NCBI RefSeq assembly: GCF_964204645.1
Contig: NC_134030.1
Location: 10,313,947 to 10,377,946, forward strand
Direction: 5' to 3'
Source of the DNA: Tubulanus polymorphus
Taxonomy: Eukaryota; Animalia; Nemertea
DNA: 64,000 bases
Position 1 is the first letter of the stretch. The number at the start of each line of letters is the position of its first letter. This document shows, in pieces, positions 1-13,297 of the stretch. Position numbers and translations under genes: made by a program. The notes beneath the pieces are model-generated. The model saw only the letters and a program-made list of their open reading frames with translations. It was not told where the DNA came from and ran no database searches.

Positions 1-566
1 TTGCTATTTTATAACGAGAAAAACAAATTCGTTATGTTCAGTGCACACAGAAATATGAAAGATGTTACTGAGGGTCTTACTGTTGATTACGGATTAATTT
101 GAACGTTTTCTTTTATATTTCGATGAAACGTTGCTGAAAATAATTCGTTAGTCATAGCCCTCGCTCAGCCGTGATTATCATTAAAATCTCGTTCATGGCT
201 TACCATAAATCGCATCTTTTGAATTGCTGCCCCTGCCGTCGAAAGCTAATCTTAGTCTTGATCTATATCATTCGTAAACCACACGCGTGAAGACAGAGCT
301 GGTCTTTTCATGGTTTCCGAGAATGTAACCTTAACTCGCCTTTATCAACTGACGCTAGTTTCGCCGCTGTGGCGTTCAGTTTTGTTTGCCTATGGAGAAG
401 GTGAGAAGTTCAATTCCGTGAAAGATCGAGATTATTCCGCCACTAACAAGGATACTTGCCAACGGTCGGGGGCGTTCGTTCAGAACACTCGTAGTCTGAC
501 GAATTGCCAAAGATGACGGGGGTCGTGGCTCCTACTTAATAGAGCTGATTTTTAAAAATCTTAAAA

Positions 567-700
567 TAGGGATTGACCCTGTTATTTATTTGGTTGGTAA
601 ATTTCGTTTCATTTTTGTTCGTATCGAGTGTCCCTTACAGACCCACCACACCTGCTGGGAGCGAAACAGTGGGTTTGATTTTGAAATCGGAAATCGAAGT
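567..700. repeat. Dispersed repeat, second copy at 5833-5963
   Basis: Both copies share tagggat..gtgtccctta..ccacacctgctgggagcgaaacag..aagtacat. Confidence 0.7.
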
Positions 701-1198
701 ACATATTATAGTTGTGTGATCGGAGGTCGAATTTACAAAATGTTTTGTTTTTAGATCGAAGAACGTAATTGTTAAATTCGGTTAATTCCACACTTATAAG
801 AAAGATTATTACAATACTCTTTTTAGGGCTCATTTAACTCCAGGTAAATATCTAGTTAATTATTAAGTAGACCGTTATATTCGATGTCGAATCACTGTCC
901 ACTGTGGAGAACACCGAAATCTGTGTATACAGTAGATGCCGGTTGCCTCAGATTTCGCGAGACCAATTAATTGTGCTAGGTATGCGAATACCTGGCAGTT
1001 GGGAAGCGCCATAACAGCTGCAGCCACGTCCCAACATTTTTGCCGACAGTCTTTGTCAGTATCGGCGTGCTATAGAGTCTACCGTATATATTTTTTCGAA
1101 TACACGAGTTCTTCGCGAGATATACAATACGAACTTGACGTGAAAACTACCTTGAGATGGAACGTAATATCATCTACTTTCTACGCATCTACTTTCAG

Positions 1199-3794
1199 CT
1201 ATTTGAACCCAGACGGCCGAGCGATCAATCCCGATTTGAGCAACCTCGTCTATGACGTGCCTGAGGATCACATCCGCGTCACGCAAGAACAATACGAGCT
1301 CTACTGCGAGATGGGCTCGACGTTTCAGCTGTGCAAAATCTGCGCCGAAAACGACAAGGACATTCGCATCGAACCGTGCGGACATTTACTGTGTACGCCG
1401 TGTTTGACCAGCTGGCAGGTAAACATCCGCTTCTGACATCCCCTGTCTTATGAATTGATAAATGTTTGGGAATTAACTGATGAGATAGGGAATGATTTTA
1501 TAGCAAATAAAAAGAAGCGATGCTTCTGTCGAACCTGGGTTTGGGAGGACATCGTAGGGTCGCAATACATGTGTTTTAGCAAGGCCAACACAAAATTAGT
1601 TTCTTCATATGTTCAGTTCATCTTGCGTAAATCCTTTATCATCTGCACTGTTTACTGGGTCCAGGGATTGGTTCAAGCTGAGCATAAGACAGATAATGAC
1701 CAGCAATTCAGAATATTTCAACTTCATAGTCAACTGGATAATCGGGTCAACTTTTGAATGAGTGGTCCCGTATCGAAAAGTGTGTAAAGATTAAATCGGG
1801 CGATTGAAGTTGAAAGTTCGAAAATCTCGGACACGTTTATATTACACGACGTGTACTACATGTGTATCATATCTTTGTAGGACTCTGAAGGTGTCGGCTG
1901 TCCCTTTTGTCGCGCGGAGATAAAAGGCACCGAACAGGTGATCGTCGACCCGTTCGATCCGACGCGAATGCATGCGCGCGACAGCGAGGTCGGACAACGG
2001 CACATGAGAGATCAACAAGACTTCGACGACGACGACCCGTTCGAGGTACGCATTTACATAAACCTCGTGTAACTTATAAAAACACCTCGCACATCCTCAC
2101 TTGGCAGGCGTTTGCGCCTGATGGCATCGAGACTCCGCCACTACACAAAACCCTGCCTGATAGTCCTGGGTAATTGGGGAATAATTCTGGGGCAGGTCGC
2201 GGAAAATTTGAAGGCCGCGGATCCAGAAGAAATGAGAAAGCATTTTTCGGATAGAGCAGCCATGTCAGCGGCCACTAGCGGGATCAAATTTGTCAAATTT
2301 GCAGGCTTCAACTGTCTCTTGATGAAAAGGGCAGCCTCAGTGGGAAGGTAGGGGTCCAGACCCCCGAGAACGCCCCGTGATTCCGCCCCTGTATATACCT
2401 GCGCACGTACAATGCCAATCAGGTTACCTGTGACGCTTGGGCAGATTCACGAATGGCTATGAATAGAATAACCCGAGTTACAATAGAATGTGATTTCTGC
2501 GCTTCAAGTATGTAGCTGCGCGCTGGGCCTTGTTACACAGGAATTTGTGACATGGCCAAGTCGCATGAAGCTGGTTCGAATCCTTGCCGAGGGCGGATGC
2601 ACCCCCAAGTGATTCAAATCTGCGGATCCACGAGGGTCTTGCGAGATTCGTAATTTTAATTGCCTCTCATATGTAAGGGTATTTTATCAAATAACGGGCA
2701 CAATTTTGTTGGATAAAAAATCGAAAAAAGACCCTCTGCCAAAAAGGCATTATTTTGAAAAATGGGCATTTTTTATCTCACGGATATTGTTTTGGCCAAA
2801 ATCATTGAATGTTAGAATTTGAAATCCAAATAACGCACGTAAATGTGGGTTCATTTGATCTTGGGTTGATAAGAATATTCCAGTATGCAGTCGATCCATC
2901 TAGAAATACAGTATTCCACTTGCCACGTAAATGTGGGTTCATTTGATCTTGGGCTGATAAGAATATTCCAGTATGCAGTCGATCCATCTAGAAATACAGT
3001 CTATTCCACTTGCCAGTCTATATCACATATTCCAGACAAAATGTTTGAAATTTTCCTATTCCAATTCATATATGATTGACTGCCCTGAAATTTGCAAGCC
3101 TCTGAGAAAATATATATCGGTCAGGCGAGATCAAAGCAAGCGGAGTCTTGCCTCTTGGCCCCTGAAATTCTAGGCCCTTCAAGCCGAAATAAGTTCACTT
3201 CAAATTTGCAATACTTATCACTCGGGCCAGTTGCTCAAAAGTTGGTGAGAGTTAACCAGTGGATAGTTGATGTAGTGACATTCGAAAGTTCATAGTTACT
3301 ACAGTATTTATCCGCTGGTTATCTTTAACAAACTTCTGAGCAACCAGCCCAAAACTATGTGTAACTTGCACCATCGTAGAATAACCACACTTGGATTTGG
3401 TGGATGGATAATTTCTATATATATATATATATATATAGAACGCATTATATACATATCTAAAAGTTGAAAAACAAACTGAAAAGTTTCATTTTGGTTTTTG
3501 ACTCTGGATCCTCGAGGAATTTGGTTTTTCAAACTTTCAGATTTGTATATAGTGGGTTTTACGTAGCCGACTTATATATTTTAGTGGGTTCTATATATAC
3601 ATGTAGGCCTATAACGAGTGGAACCCGTTTAATCTGGATCGGTTGAATCCAAATTTTTACCAAATCTCAATAGTATTTATCGTCCATCCATACACGTAAA
3701 TGTATTTAAAATGTAATGTTCGATGCGGATTTCTTTTAAACTGTGGATGGACTTTGTCGTTCCCAAATGATCCGAAATTAAGCGGGTAATGCTG

Positions 3795-3827
<33 letters not shown>

Positions 3828-6800
3828 ACTCACGAAATAGTGATGCGAGTTCTTGCGAATCAAACGCGATCGCTGCCTGTGAACGCCAAGCGTCTTTTCT
3901 CTGATCTACCAGTGTGTGTGTGTGTTTTTCAGGAGCACGGTCAGTGGGTTTCGTCTGGTATTGGGTTACATCAACTCGCTCTCAGTGAAAAGGTGAGCAT
4001 CGCGCGTTCTTAACCTGTGCCTCACGCGTCGGGGTTCGTCGTTGCTGTAACCCTCTGCTGCGTCGTTCATCTCCCTCAGTCCTTTTAACAGAGTTCGTAG
4101 AGTGAGTTTCTAAATCCTTTCAGTGCGGTGTATAAATCGGTAATTGACTTTGCTAGTACACCGCACGGCGGTGTATTGATGTAATTGGTAAAAGTTTTTA
4201 CCTCCAATGAAAGATGGCAGCACCTGTCAAACACAGTTAGATATAAGTAACTAATGATACACTGCTCTGCGGCGTAGACACATTATAGTGGATGCCTGTT
4301 AGTCGATGCACTGGAACGGAATTTTTCAAAAATTTTCACATTATCTCCCGCACTTTAGGGCATTAATTAGTCATCCCTTTCAGTGCTGACTTATTGATAT
4401 CCGAAAGTGCTGGAGATGATTTGAAAATTCAAAAAAATTCCACCGTCTACACTGTGGTACAGTGTATCGTAAGTGACTAAAATTTCACTATGTTTGACAG
4501 GTGCTGCCATCTTTCAATAGAGATAGAAAACTAATTACTAATAACATGAATACAGCACGATGCGGTGTACCAGCAAGATCTATCACCTATTTATACACGG
4601 CACTGCGATGTAGATGTAGATGCACCGAAAGGGTTAAAAGTTCTTATCTTAAACCTCAGCCTTACCACTACGAACCCTGTTGATAAGGTTTCCTTTCCCA
4701 CATATTTGACATTGGAAATCATTCTTATCATCGCTATCATCATTGACTTCATCACTCGCGGGAAAATAGTTTTACTCTGCATATCGATTCATATTTGCAC
4801 TATTTTTCATACGCAATGAAAGCTAAAATCTTCGAATTGTCGTTTTTCTTATGATTACTGAAACGGGCGGGGTCAGTTGACACATAATTATATACGGAGA
4901 TTGATTGAATTTTTTTAACCCATTAGGACTCAGGAATTTCATTTATATAGCATCTATTACAGATGATCATCAACTGCGGGTTCTGCTCATTAAACCTGGA
5001 ATACTCAGTCTATCAATCATGTTAACTGAGTACTCCTGTAAGACCGATTCTGGTGACAGCTGTCATGTCCCCTTTCGGATGAGACTGGCGACAGATTTTG
5101 AATTACGTCGTATAACTGTGGATTGTTGCATTCGTATTAATTTTTTTTGTTTTTCTGTTTGTTTTTCAGACGGCCGTGTCGCGTTCTCCGTTCGCGTCCC
5201 CGGGCATATCGCCGACGACAACTCGACGTGATCCACCGCCGCCTGTGCCGCCTCGTCGCGGTTCACCTTCGTCATCTCCTCACACGTCGCCCAGACTACC
5301 CAGGTACGTACGGTTCAATTTTGTAGTTGACTGTAATGTTTATTTTCGATTTGACTTGAGAGCACATCAGGTGGCCTAGCTCGGTCAGTTGTGATAGTAC
5401 ATACCTGATAGATGTCTTATTAGGACCAGAAAGGACTTGTAGTTGACCTAAAACATTGATTTTAATCCATTTTAAACTCTATTGACGGATATCCAAAAAG
5501 TCTTCATTGAAAGGGGTTGAGAAGAGAAAAGTGACTCCATTATTTGATAGTTTTACAATGTTTCCATGCCTATATACCAAACTTCAGTTGGCAGGCATAG
5601 AAACATATTGTTTAACTTTCAAATCATGGAGTCACTTTTCGTCATTCAAACCATTTTGATGCAGAGTTTTTTGCAATCCTTCAGTACAGTGAAGAATGGA
5701 TTAGAAAGCGATGTTTAAGGTCAACTGCCGGCCCATTCTGGTCTTATTAAGACAAAAAATGACTGAGCTAGGCCACCTGATAGCCCTCAAGTCAAGTTGA
5801 AATAGACGCATAGTCCATTTATTGATATTAGAATAGGGATCGTCCGCGTTATTTATTTGATCCATAGATTTCGTTTGATTTGTTTTGATTTGGTGTCCCT
5901 TATGAACCCCCCCACACCTGCTGGGAGCGAAACAGGGGTTTGACTTTCGAAATCAAAGTACATTGAAATTGAAATATCGAAATATATTGATTGTTCCTCG
6001 TATAATTATACAATGAGCACAGATGATAATTTCCATTAATACAGTATAGTACAGTACAGTATGAAAACAAAAAACAAAGCAGCTTTAATGTTAGTACATT
6101 TTCATACGATGTTTGCATGTTGAATGGAAAAGGACTGTTTAAAGATGAGTTTTTTTCTAGTAAAGATAGTTTAAAGGCATCACACTCAAGAATAAAAGCA
6201 AATTCATCACCGATACGATTACTGTCGCATTGATCACATTTCCTTATAGTATTGATATTTCGACCAGTTTCTATTGGTAGGTTGTGAACAGGCTTTTAAA
6301 TTGACAAATAGTAGTTAGTTGTCGAATCGGTAGAAAGAAAAGTAACGTTCTTGCCCCCAATCCGATTTAAGCAATCGGTATGTTGAGCTTTTGGGAGAAG
6401 AACTTATGTCTGCATGCCACTTTTGTATAAACTGATCTCGCAAAGGTTGCTGAGAAAGTCAACAATTGAAAAATTTTGGCTAATCCATAAATCGGCAAGC
6501 CCGCAGTTTTCTAAAATTGTTTTAACAAACGATTTTTCAAACTTGATTTCTTTTACTTTATACTAATTTACATTGAGAAACGTCCTGTTTCACCATAAAC
6601 CATGACATTAGGAGTTGACTTTTTCAGCCTACTTACAGAAAAGGAGATCGTTCTATACATTGCAAATTTTCATATCCCCAGACTTCTGATTCAAGTGTTA
6701 ATTAATGTTGGTACAGTCTTCCAATCGAAGAACTGGAATGCAATGTCTAAGTCTAACAATTGTTCCTTTACTTTTTTTGATTCAAAGAAAAGGCTTTTCT

Positions 6801-8763
6801 TAGCATGCACTTTTTCTACATTTCGTGAATGAGCCATTATAATTAAAGATAACCCCAAGGTACCCAAAATCTTAGACCACTTCAATTTGGTTACCGTCTA
6901 TGAAAAAGGTAGGCTGACGCCGTGCTCATCTTTTTTCAAACACCATTTTGTCTTTTCAACATTGATGAATGATTTCCATAGCTTGTGATATTTTGAAGCA
7001 GAGTTGAGCAAACGCTGCAGGTTATCGACGCTATCAGCCAGTAAAATAGCGTCATCAGCGTACAATAGGACTAATAACTTCAGCTACATATTGGCGTTGC
7101 CATCTACTAAATCAATACTTTGGCATCCGTCTAGATACAAATAATCTTCAAGTTATAGATTGTTATATATGGCAAAGAGCACTGGAGATAATTTTTCACC
7201 TGGACGTTGTCCAGTGTTGCTGTCAAAGTATTCTGAATTTAGCCCATTGGCCTTTACTACTGACTTAATATGAGAATATATATTCTTAATCACTTGGAGT
7301 ACATTACCAGTTACACCCGTTGAAATTAATGTATGCCATGGTGCTCTTCTCGGTATTGTATCAAAGGCCTTTGTATAATCGATGAAGGCACAATGCAGCT
7401 TCTTTTACGGCTGAGAAAGTAATTATGTTCTCTCTCCGCGTTTGATTTAGCTATTCTACCATCAATGCAGACAATTTAGTACTTAAGGGCCCTACTTTGC
7501 TTATATTCAGACGGGTGTTGCCACCAACTCCACCATCCGACGAAGAATGCCCGTCGCCTCCTCAGGTACCAGAGAGAATCAATCGTTTAGAAGGTGGTAA
7601 GTGATTTTAAATTCAATTCGAGCGCTCGGAAATTCCGGTTAGCGACTAACGGCGTCAAATCTAATCGTCGTCGTCTTGTTGCATATTTCCTTTTTTTTCA
7701 GATTTGACGCCGACGACCTCGTCGTATTCGTTGAACGGCGTCGAGGTGAAATACAACGCCGCGTCGAACAGTCTGATCGACTTCGACACCGACGACAGTT
7801 CGGGCGGCAGCGCCAAGTCGGACACGCCGGTCGCGGCGCCGCGTCACCGCGTGCCGAGCGACTACGATTTTCCGCCGCCATTGCCGCAACAACGACCAAA
7901 GTCGAGCATGACACCGACGAGCAGCCTGAATAATCTAGTTTGTCCCGAACCAAAACCAAGGTACAGTATGAACGATCATATACTATATTTCATCATATAG
8001 ATAATAATAGAGCTCTAAGATGATCTCATAACTGAGTAACAGGGTCGAAATTCAAAAAGTCATCTTTTATCATTTAGCTATTGGCCCTTGATATCCAAAA
8101 TGCACTGGGAACTAATGCACAAGCATTTCGGAGTTTCTGAGTCACCTACAGCTTTTCTCAGTGATGTTGCCACTGACAAAGTTGAAAAATAGAAAACAAA
8201 CTTTGTAGCTAAGGCCATACCAAAATAATGGTCTGTTTGCCATAACCCGACCGACCCGATTTCAAAGGTACTGAGTAAAACTTTTTTGGGGGGATTCATT
8301 GAAATGAATTTTATTTTTGATATTGTTTCCATATAAAAAAAGGTGATAAATTTGTTTTTTGGCCCTAAAATTTTGCAAAAAAATATTTCTACCTACCTAC
8401 CGTCTCATCCTGAAAAGTTGTGTCGGTGTTACGGCAAACAGATAATTACTTTGGGATGGCCTAATTAAACGTTTACCATAACATTGGTAGACTCTTAAGA
8501 ATGGTTTCGTCATAATTTTCGATTTCGTTTTCAGATTAAGACCTGATATGATGCAGCAGACGCCATCGCCACGCGGGCTGAAAGAAATGACGAACAAGGA
8601 GAACGTCGTCGTCGTCACGTCGGACGGAATATCGCAGGCGTACATCGACGAACTCGTCGCCGACGGTCACGACAGACGCGCGGCGATCCGAGCGTTGACA
8701 ATCGCGCAGAACAACCTGAAAATGGCCCGAGACATTCTACGCGAGTTCGTGCCGCGTAGCTAA
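1199..8763 (+). CDS. CBL: E3 ubiquitin-protein ligase Cbl, 3' part (linker, RING, Pro-rich region, UBA); 5' TKB exons lie upstream of the window
   Basis: Phase-consistent GT-AG exons 1199-1418, 1881-2045, 3933-3992, 5170-5303, 7511-7596, 7702-7960, 8535-8763. Encodes the Cbl linker [15 protein letters not shown]3HC4 [32 protein letters not shown] motifs and C-terminal UBA ..[20 protein letters not shown]. Confidence 0.95.
2836..3015. repeat. Direct tandem duplication of about 89 bp
   Basis: cacgtaaatgtgggttcatttgatc...attccacttgcca occurs twice in tandem. Confidence 0.9.
3224..3349. mobile_element. Short hairpin MITE superfamily (PIF/Harbinger-like, CWG flanks); other copies about 9540-9662, 36358-36485, 39171-39275, 39407-39528, 40383-40492, 41570-41686, 44034-44312 (two), 46936-47152 (two)
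   Basis: 100-130 bp elements with inverted termini ggcccagtt(c/g)c... / ...aactgggcc, often flanked by ctg or cag. Confidence 0.7.
4116..4636. mobile_element. Two adjacent piggyBac-like MITE copies; family also at 26923-27190 and 42321-42545, fragments about 35908-35942 and 42840-43000
   Basis: Termini ccctttcagtgc ... gcactgaaaggg next to ttaa-like flanks. The internal gcggtgta/tacaccgc repeats are shared between copies. Confidence 0.65.
5337..5809. mobile_element. MITE with long TIRs; second copy 47237-47549
   Basis: TIR ..tgacttgagagcacatcaggtggcctagctc / gagctaggccacctgatagccctcaagtcaa..; the same termini occur in HUS1 intron 2. Confidence 0.8.
5961..7410 (-). mobile_element. 5'-truncated, degraded non-LTR retrotransposon (LINE) in a Cbl intron
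   Basis: Minus-strand translation gives RT motifs [21 protein letters not shown] and [10 protein letters not shown], then HNLPIETGR and a C-terminal RKCDQC..GDEF..ILEC. There are stops and frameshifts, and a short ttcaa-type 3' tail. Confidence 0.85.
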
Positions 8764-8777
8764 TAATCGGTTGTACG

Positions 8778-8821
<44 letters not shown>

Positions 8822-9220
8822 TATATATAAACGTATGTAATAGATTATATACAGTATACCGGCGCGTCGTTTCGAGCGCCATGAAAATCGCTCCAGATGA
8901 CTCGACGATGATATACAGAGCTGTCGGCTGGTCTTGATTTTCGGTATTCGTTACTATTTCGTAACGAGATATGCTGAATTTGATTTTTGTTTTTTAGACG
9001 CGTATACGGAAATATGAAATATACGTTACTGAGCGTCTCAACGTTGATTACTGATTAATTCAGAACTTTTATTTCGATGAAATGTTAATGAAAAAAGTAA
9101 TTCGATTCATTACCGATAGCACTTCTGTGAGGTTGGCAGCCCTGCAGGATCGGAAAAGTATTTGGACAGACGCGCGAGTGAAACGGTTATCTCCGATTGG
9201 TCCGACTGGAGCGGAGCCTA

Positions 9221-9360
<140 letters not shown>

Positions 9361-12300
9361 ATGATCTTTATTAATTTACCCGTCTTTATTAGGTATCATT
9401 TTAATCGAGTATAAGTAGCGTACTGTAGCGAAAGGATGGAAAAAGATTCTCGTCGTGGCCCGAACCCGAAGCCAGGCTAGGGGTCGTCCTGAAGTGACTT
9501 ATCTTAGTTTTAGTAACCGGCTGACCAGTAGCGCAGCCGCCGCTTAAGTCTGAAAGTGGTCTAAAATCTTTAAGACTGGTCTTAAGTTGTTAGATTCACT
9601 ATAGGACTGAAATGGTCCTAGACTGGGCTTAGGTCTAAGCCGTGACTGTGGAACTGACCCCAGACTGATGAGAACATCAGAGTATGCTCAAAATCAGATT
9701 GATTTCTAGTTCATTTTCAATTGAAATGCAATTTTAGACGTGGAATTGTGGTGAAAACTACTACTGAATGGTAGATACCGAGGTAGTCAGGTCTGAGTAA
9801 CAATGTTTACAAAAGTTGTAGACTGTTAGGATCTGTACTTTTTCATGATTCATCTAGTTGTTGATATTGATAAAGCGTATGACTCAAGAAAAAAAACAAG
9901 ACGTTTCATTTGTCACAAACGCATGCGCTGTTTCGTTGATTCCTGGCTTCGGTCTGGCTGCTGTTCGGTTTTGGCACTAGGCGAGAGAACCGAATCTTTT
10001 TCGTCGTCTCGAAGAACCGGTTGGAAGGATTTCTCATTCGACCGTACGTTGTTAGATGGCAATACGTAGATAAGCTCAAAAATAAAAAAATGCACTACGA
10101 AACGAAGAATTTATCTCTAAATTATTGCCTTACTGCTATAAATAATAGCGTCCTCTGTTATTATGATTATTATTATTATTATTAGGTCTATCATTATTAT
10201 CAATGATATTAATATGATTATTATTATTATACACTATGACTGTGATGCTGCCCTCTGTGTCTATATCGTTGTGCGTAGTTCGTCTGTCTGGCCGCATTGC
10301 GCGCGGCGCGGCGATGGAACAGTATTTCGTCGCAACGACGCGAACGAGAATTCTAATCGAGACACATGTGATTATACCTGTACATATATTACTCCTAGAA
10401 TTTTCTCCCGTACGTCGGTAAACCGTTATTAAGACTAGGGGGTGATATCGCACGTGATGATACGAACGCAAGTATAACTCACGCGCAAAAAGAAAAACTT
10501 GCGGTGCAGATATTCATCATTATTACGATTATTAATATTATTGTATTGTTTTATTTTTTCAAGGTGCTTAACTTACTTTTAATCTCGTGAGGAGTGAGAG
10601 TGCGCACGCACTCACTCTGAGGAGATTATTCGGAAGTATCTCTCGATTCGGGTATCGTTTTTTTCTTCGCGCGCGCGACGGTTTGATGATAAATCATTCC
10701 GAGGACTAATACCGAGTTATGTATTTTAACGCGAAGTATTCTAACTGAAAAAAAAAAGGAAAAACATGTGTTGTTCGAAAATTCACTCGTCGATATTGTC
10801 GAGTATATAATCGCCTCTCTGAGTTAGTAACGCAAATGACTGAGTTGTCTCTCTCTCTCTCGGGAAGTTCGATTTCATGTTTTCGATCGGCTTTCTAATA
10901 CCGAGACGTTTTCATATAAAGCAACTGGTACGAAAGCAACGCGGATCGAATCGTTTATTTATGTCTTAGCACAACGCGCATAACAATGATTTGCCTACGT
11001 CTTTTATTTAATCAAAGACCAAATCGCCGCGACGCTTCGATTCGATTTGCAAGATGGCGTCGTCGACAGTAGTGATCGTCGATAGATCAATAAAACAAAA
11101 TGCTGCTTTTTCAATCGCAGATAATTCAGGTTTAGGGTCTAGATGGTTTGGTCAATTATTAAAGGTAATTCTTACTATGTGATAGTAATCAACAGCGCAC
11201 AAAGTGATCGGATACGAGTTGCTTGAGTAAAAACGTCTGTAATCTGGCTATCAACCTGCAGCCTCAAATAGTTATCGACTTTCAAAAATTTGGGATATCG
11301 TCCAAAAAATTTCAATCGAACGTGAACTAACTGGTAACTGTCGGTACAAATGCCCAGCGCTGCCAAATGTTCCTGATTTTAGGTATTTGTTACTATTCTA
11401 ACGAGATTTGATATGTTTGATGCGTACAGAAATATAAAAGATGATACCGAGCGTCTTAATGTTTGATTACTGATTAATCTGAATATTGTCTTTCATATTT
11501 CTCGTACAAGAACAAGAAGAAAAGCTAGCATATTCCCTGTATATGAATTGACACTTCGTGCTATAACACGCGATCACATGAGCATTTTGGTCCATTCCCA
11601 TTGGTGCTAAATGACCCGTTTGCCCCATCAAAAAACCAGGTCGCACCAGGCCTGGGCCAAACTTGAACACGGGTCGAACTATTGTGTGAATTGCGACTGG
11701 TTCTGGAAGTGACTCACTTCGCATTGTTTAATCATCCTTTAATATCGAGCGAGTAGTTGACGCGTGAACGCGTTCTCTAATTAGACACCGACCAAATTTG
11801 GCTCAGATCTGATCGTCTCCGCGTAAACGGTAAATCCTCAATTTGGGTGGCAACCACCATAGTAACAATGAGAAATCATGGTTATTACTGACAAATTTCA
11901 AAATGTTCCCAGGGACTATCTTTCTTCCACATCTATGAAACCCAGCCCTGGTGAATAATACCAGTATGTTTAAGGCTGCAGGCTGGTACGCGCTATTTGC
12001 AGGCTGCATTGTTCTATTCGTATTAGTATAGTACATTATTCTAGCTCCGGGAAGAGAAGTATACGAGTTTCGAAAAAGATGACGCACGTACTACCGGTAC
12101 TCGACGTCGTCGTTGGCTCAACAGTCCTCCTCTCATATTCTTGTACAGCGTGTATCGTATATATAGAGAAAACTGTAAATTCTGTGCCTCCTAGAAACGA
12201 ATACATAAACTTACGAACATCGGTGAAATATGAAGATATTTTTGTACGAAGAGGAATTTTTCTTCTCGATTTTTTTTTTGTCTTTCTTCGCGAGCCAATG

Positions 12301-13070
12301 TTGTTGTGAAATGAAGTAGCGAGTACTCGCGTGGTGTGGGTTATGGCAAATGATTTGATTGAGGTAGAATTGTAGGATACCCTTGCCGGAATAACCACAG
12401 ACCATGTTATGCATAGCCCAGGATGAGTAATGTCAGCTAGATACTGGTCCTAAGGGATAATACCGGTACTCGTATAGCCATAGTAGGACTTAATTTGGAT
12501 TAACTTTGGGCTTAATTTTATAGCATTCCAAAAAGATGCCGTGTGTGTGTGGAATGGAGAATTTGGAGGAAATATTGTTGGTATCTATGTGGCGGGGCAG
12601 GTCCAAGGGGAGGTGCAGGGGTGTGGATCCATCCCCCCTGAAAATGTTACCCCGAAATTTCACTGGAAAAATATCAAACTGATATCTAAAATAGTTTGAA
12701 TTCATAAGATTGTCTTCTGTATTTCCAAAGAGGAGTTAACGTTTTGCGATTAGCCTTCTTTCGGGGTGCCTTTTCATTGTATGATATGCCCTATTTTGGG
12801 GTTGAACCCCTCCTGAATCAGACCCTAGATCCGCCCCTGTGTGGAATGTTTGGTTGCTACAACTGCAGCCTGGGATGTTATATACCGTGCCACTATTCTG
12901 AGGGGGCCAATGGCTACACGTATCCCATCGCAAGATAATAGATGACTCGCAGAACAGCCAAATATTTCGGTTGGCCCCGAGCGAAAAAAATATTTCCAAT
13001 CGCCCAGAACAACGAGAACCCCTCTTGTTCAAATTTCTGGCTACGGGTACCTGGTACTTGCATTACGGGC

Positions 13071-13297
13071 ATTGTCTTGTTCAGGTAGTAGCGCTGACGA
13101 CACTGAGCTGTCTTGTTCAGGTAGTGAGGCTGACGACACTGCACTGCCGTCTGTTCCTGATTTACTGTTTTTTGTCTAGAGAAATAGTGATTTGATGCAA
13201 ACAGAAACGTGAATACATTACTGAAGGTCAACTGTTTTTTGTCTAGAGAAATAGTGATTTGATGCAAACAGAAACGTGAATACATTACTGAAGGTCT
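13071..13297. repeat. Local tandem duplications (30-bp pair and about 68-bp pair)
   Basis: tgtcttgttcaggtagt..gctgacgacactg x2; actgttttttgtctagagaaatagtg..tactgaaggtc x2. Confidence 0.85.
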
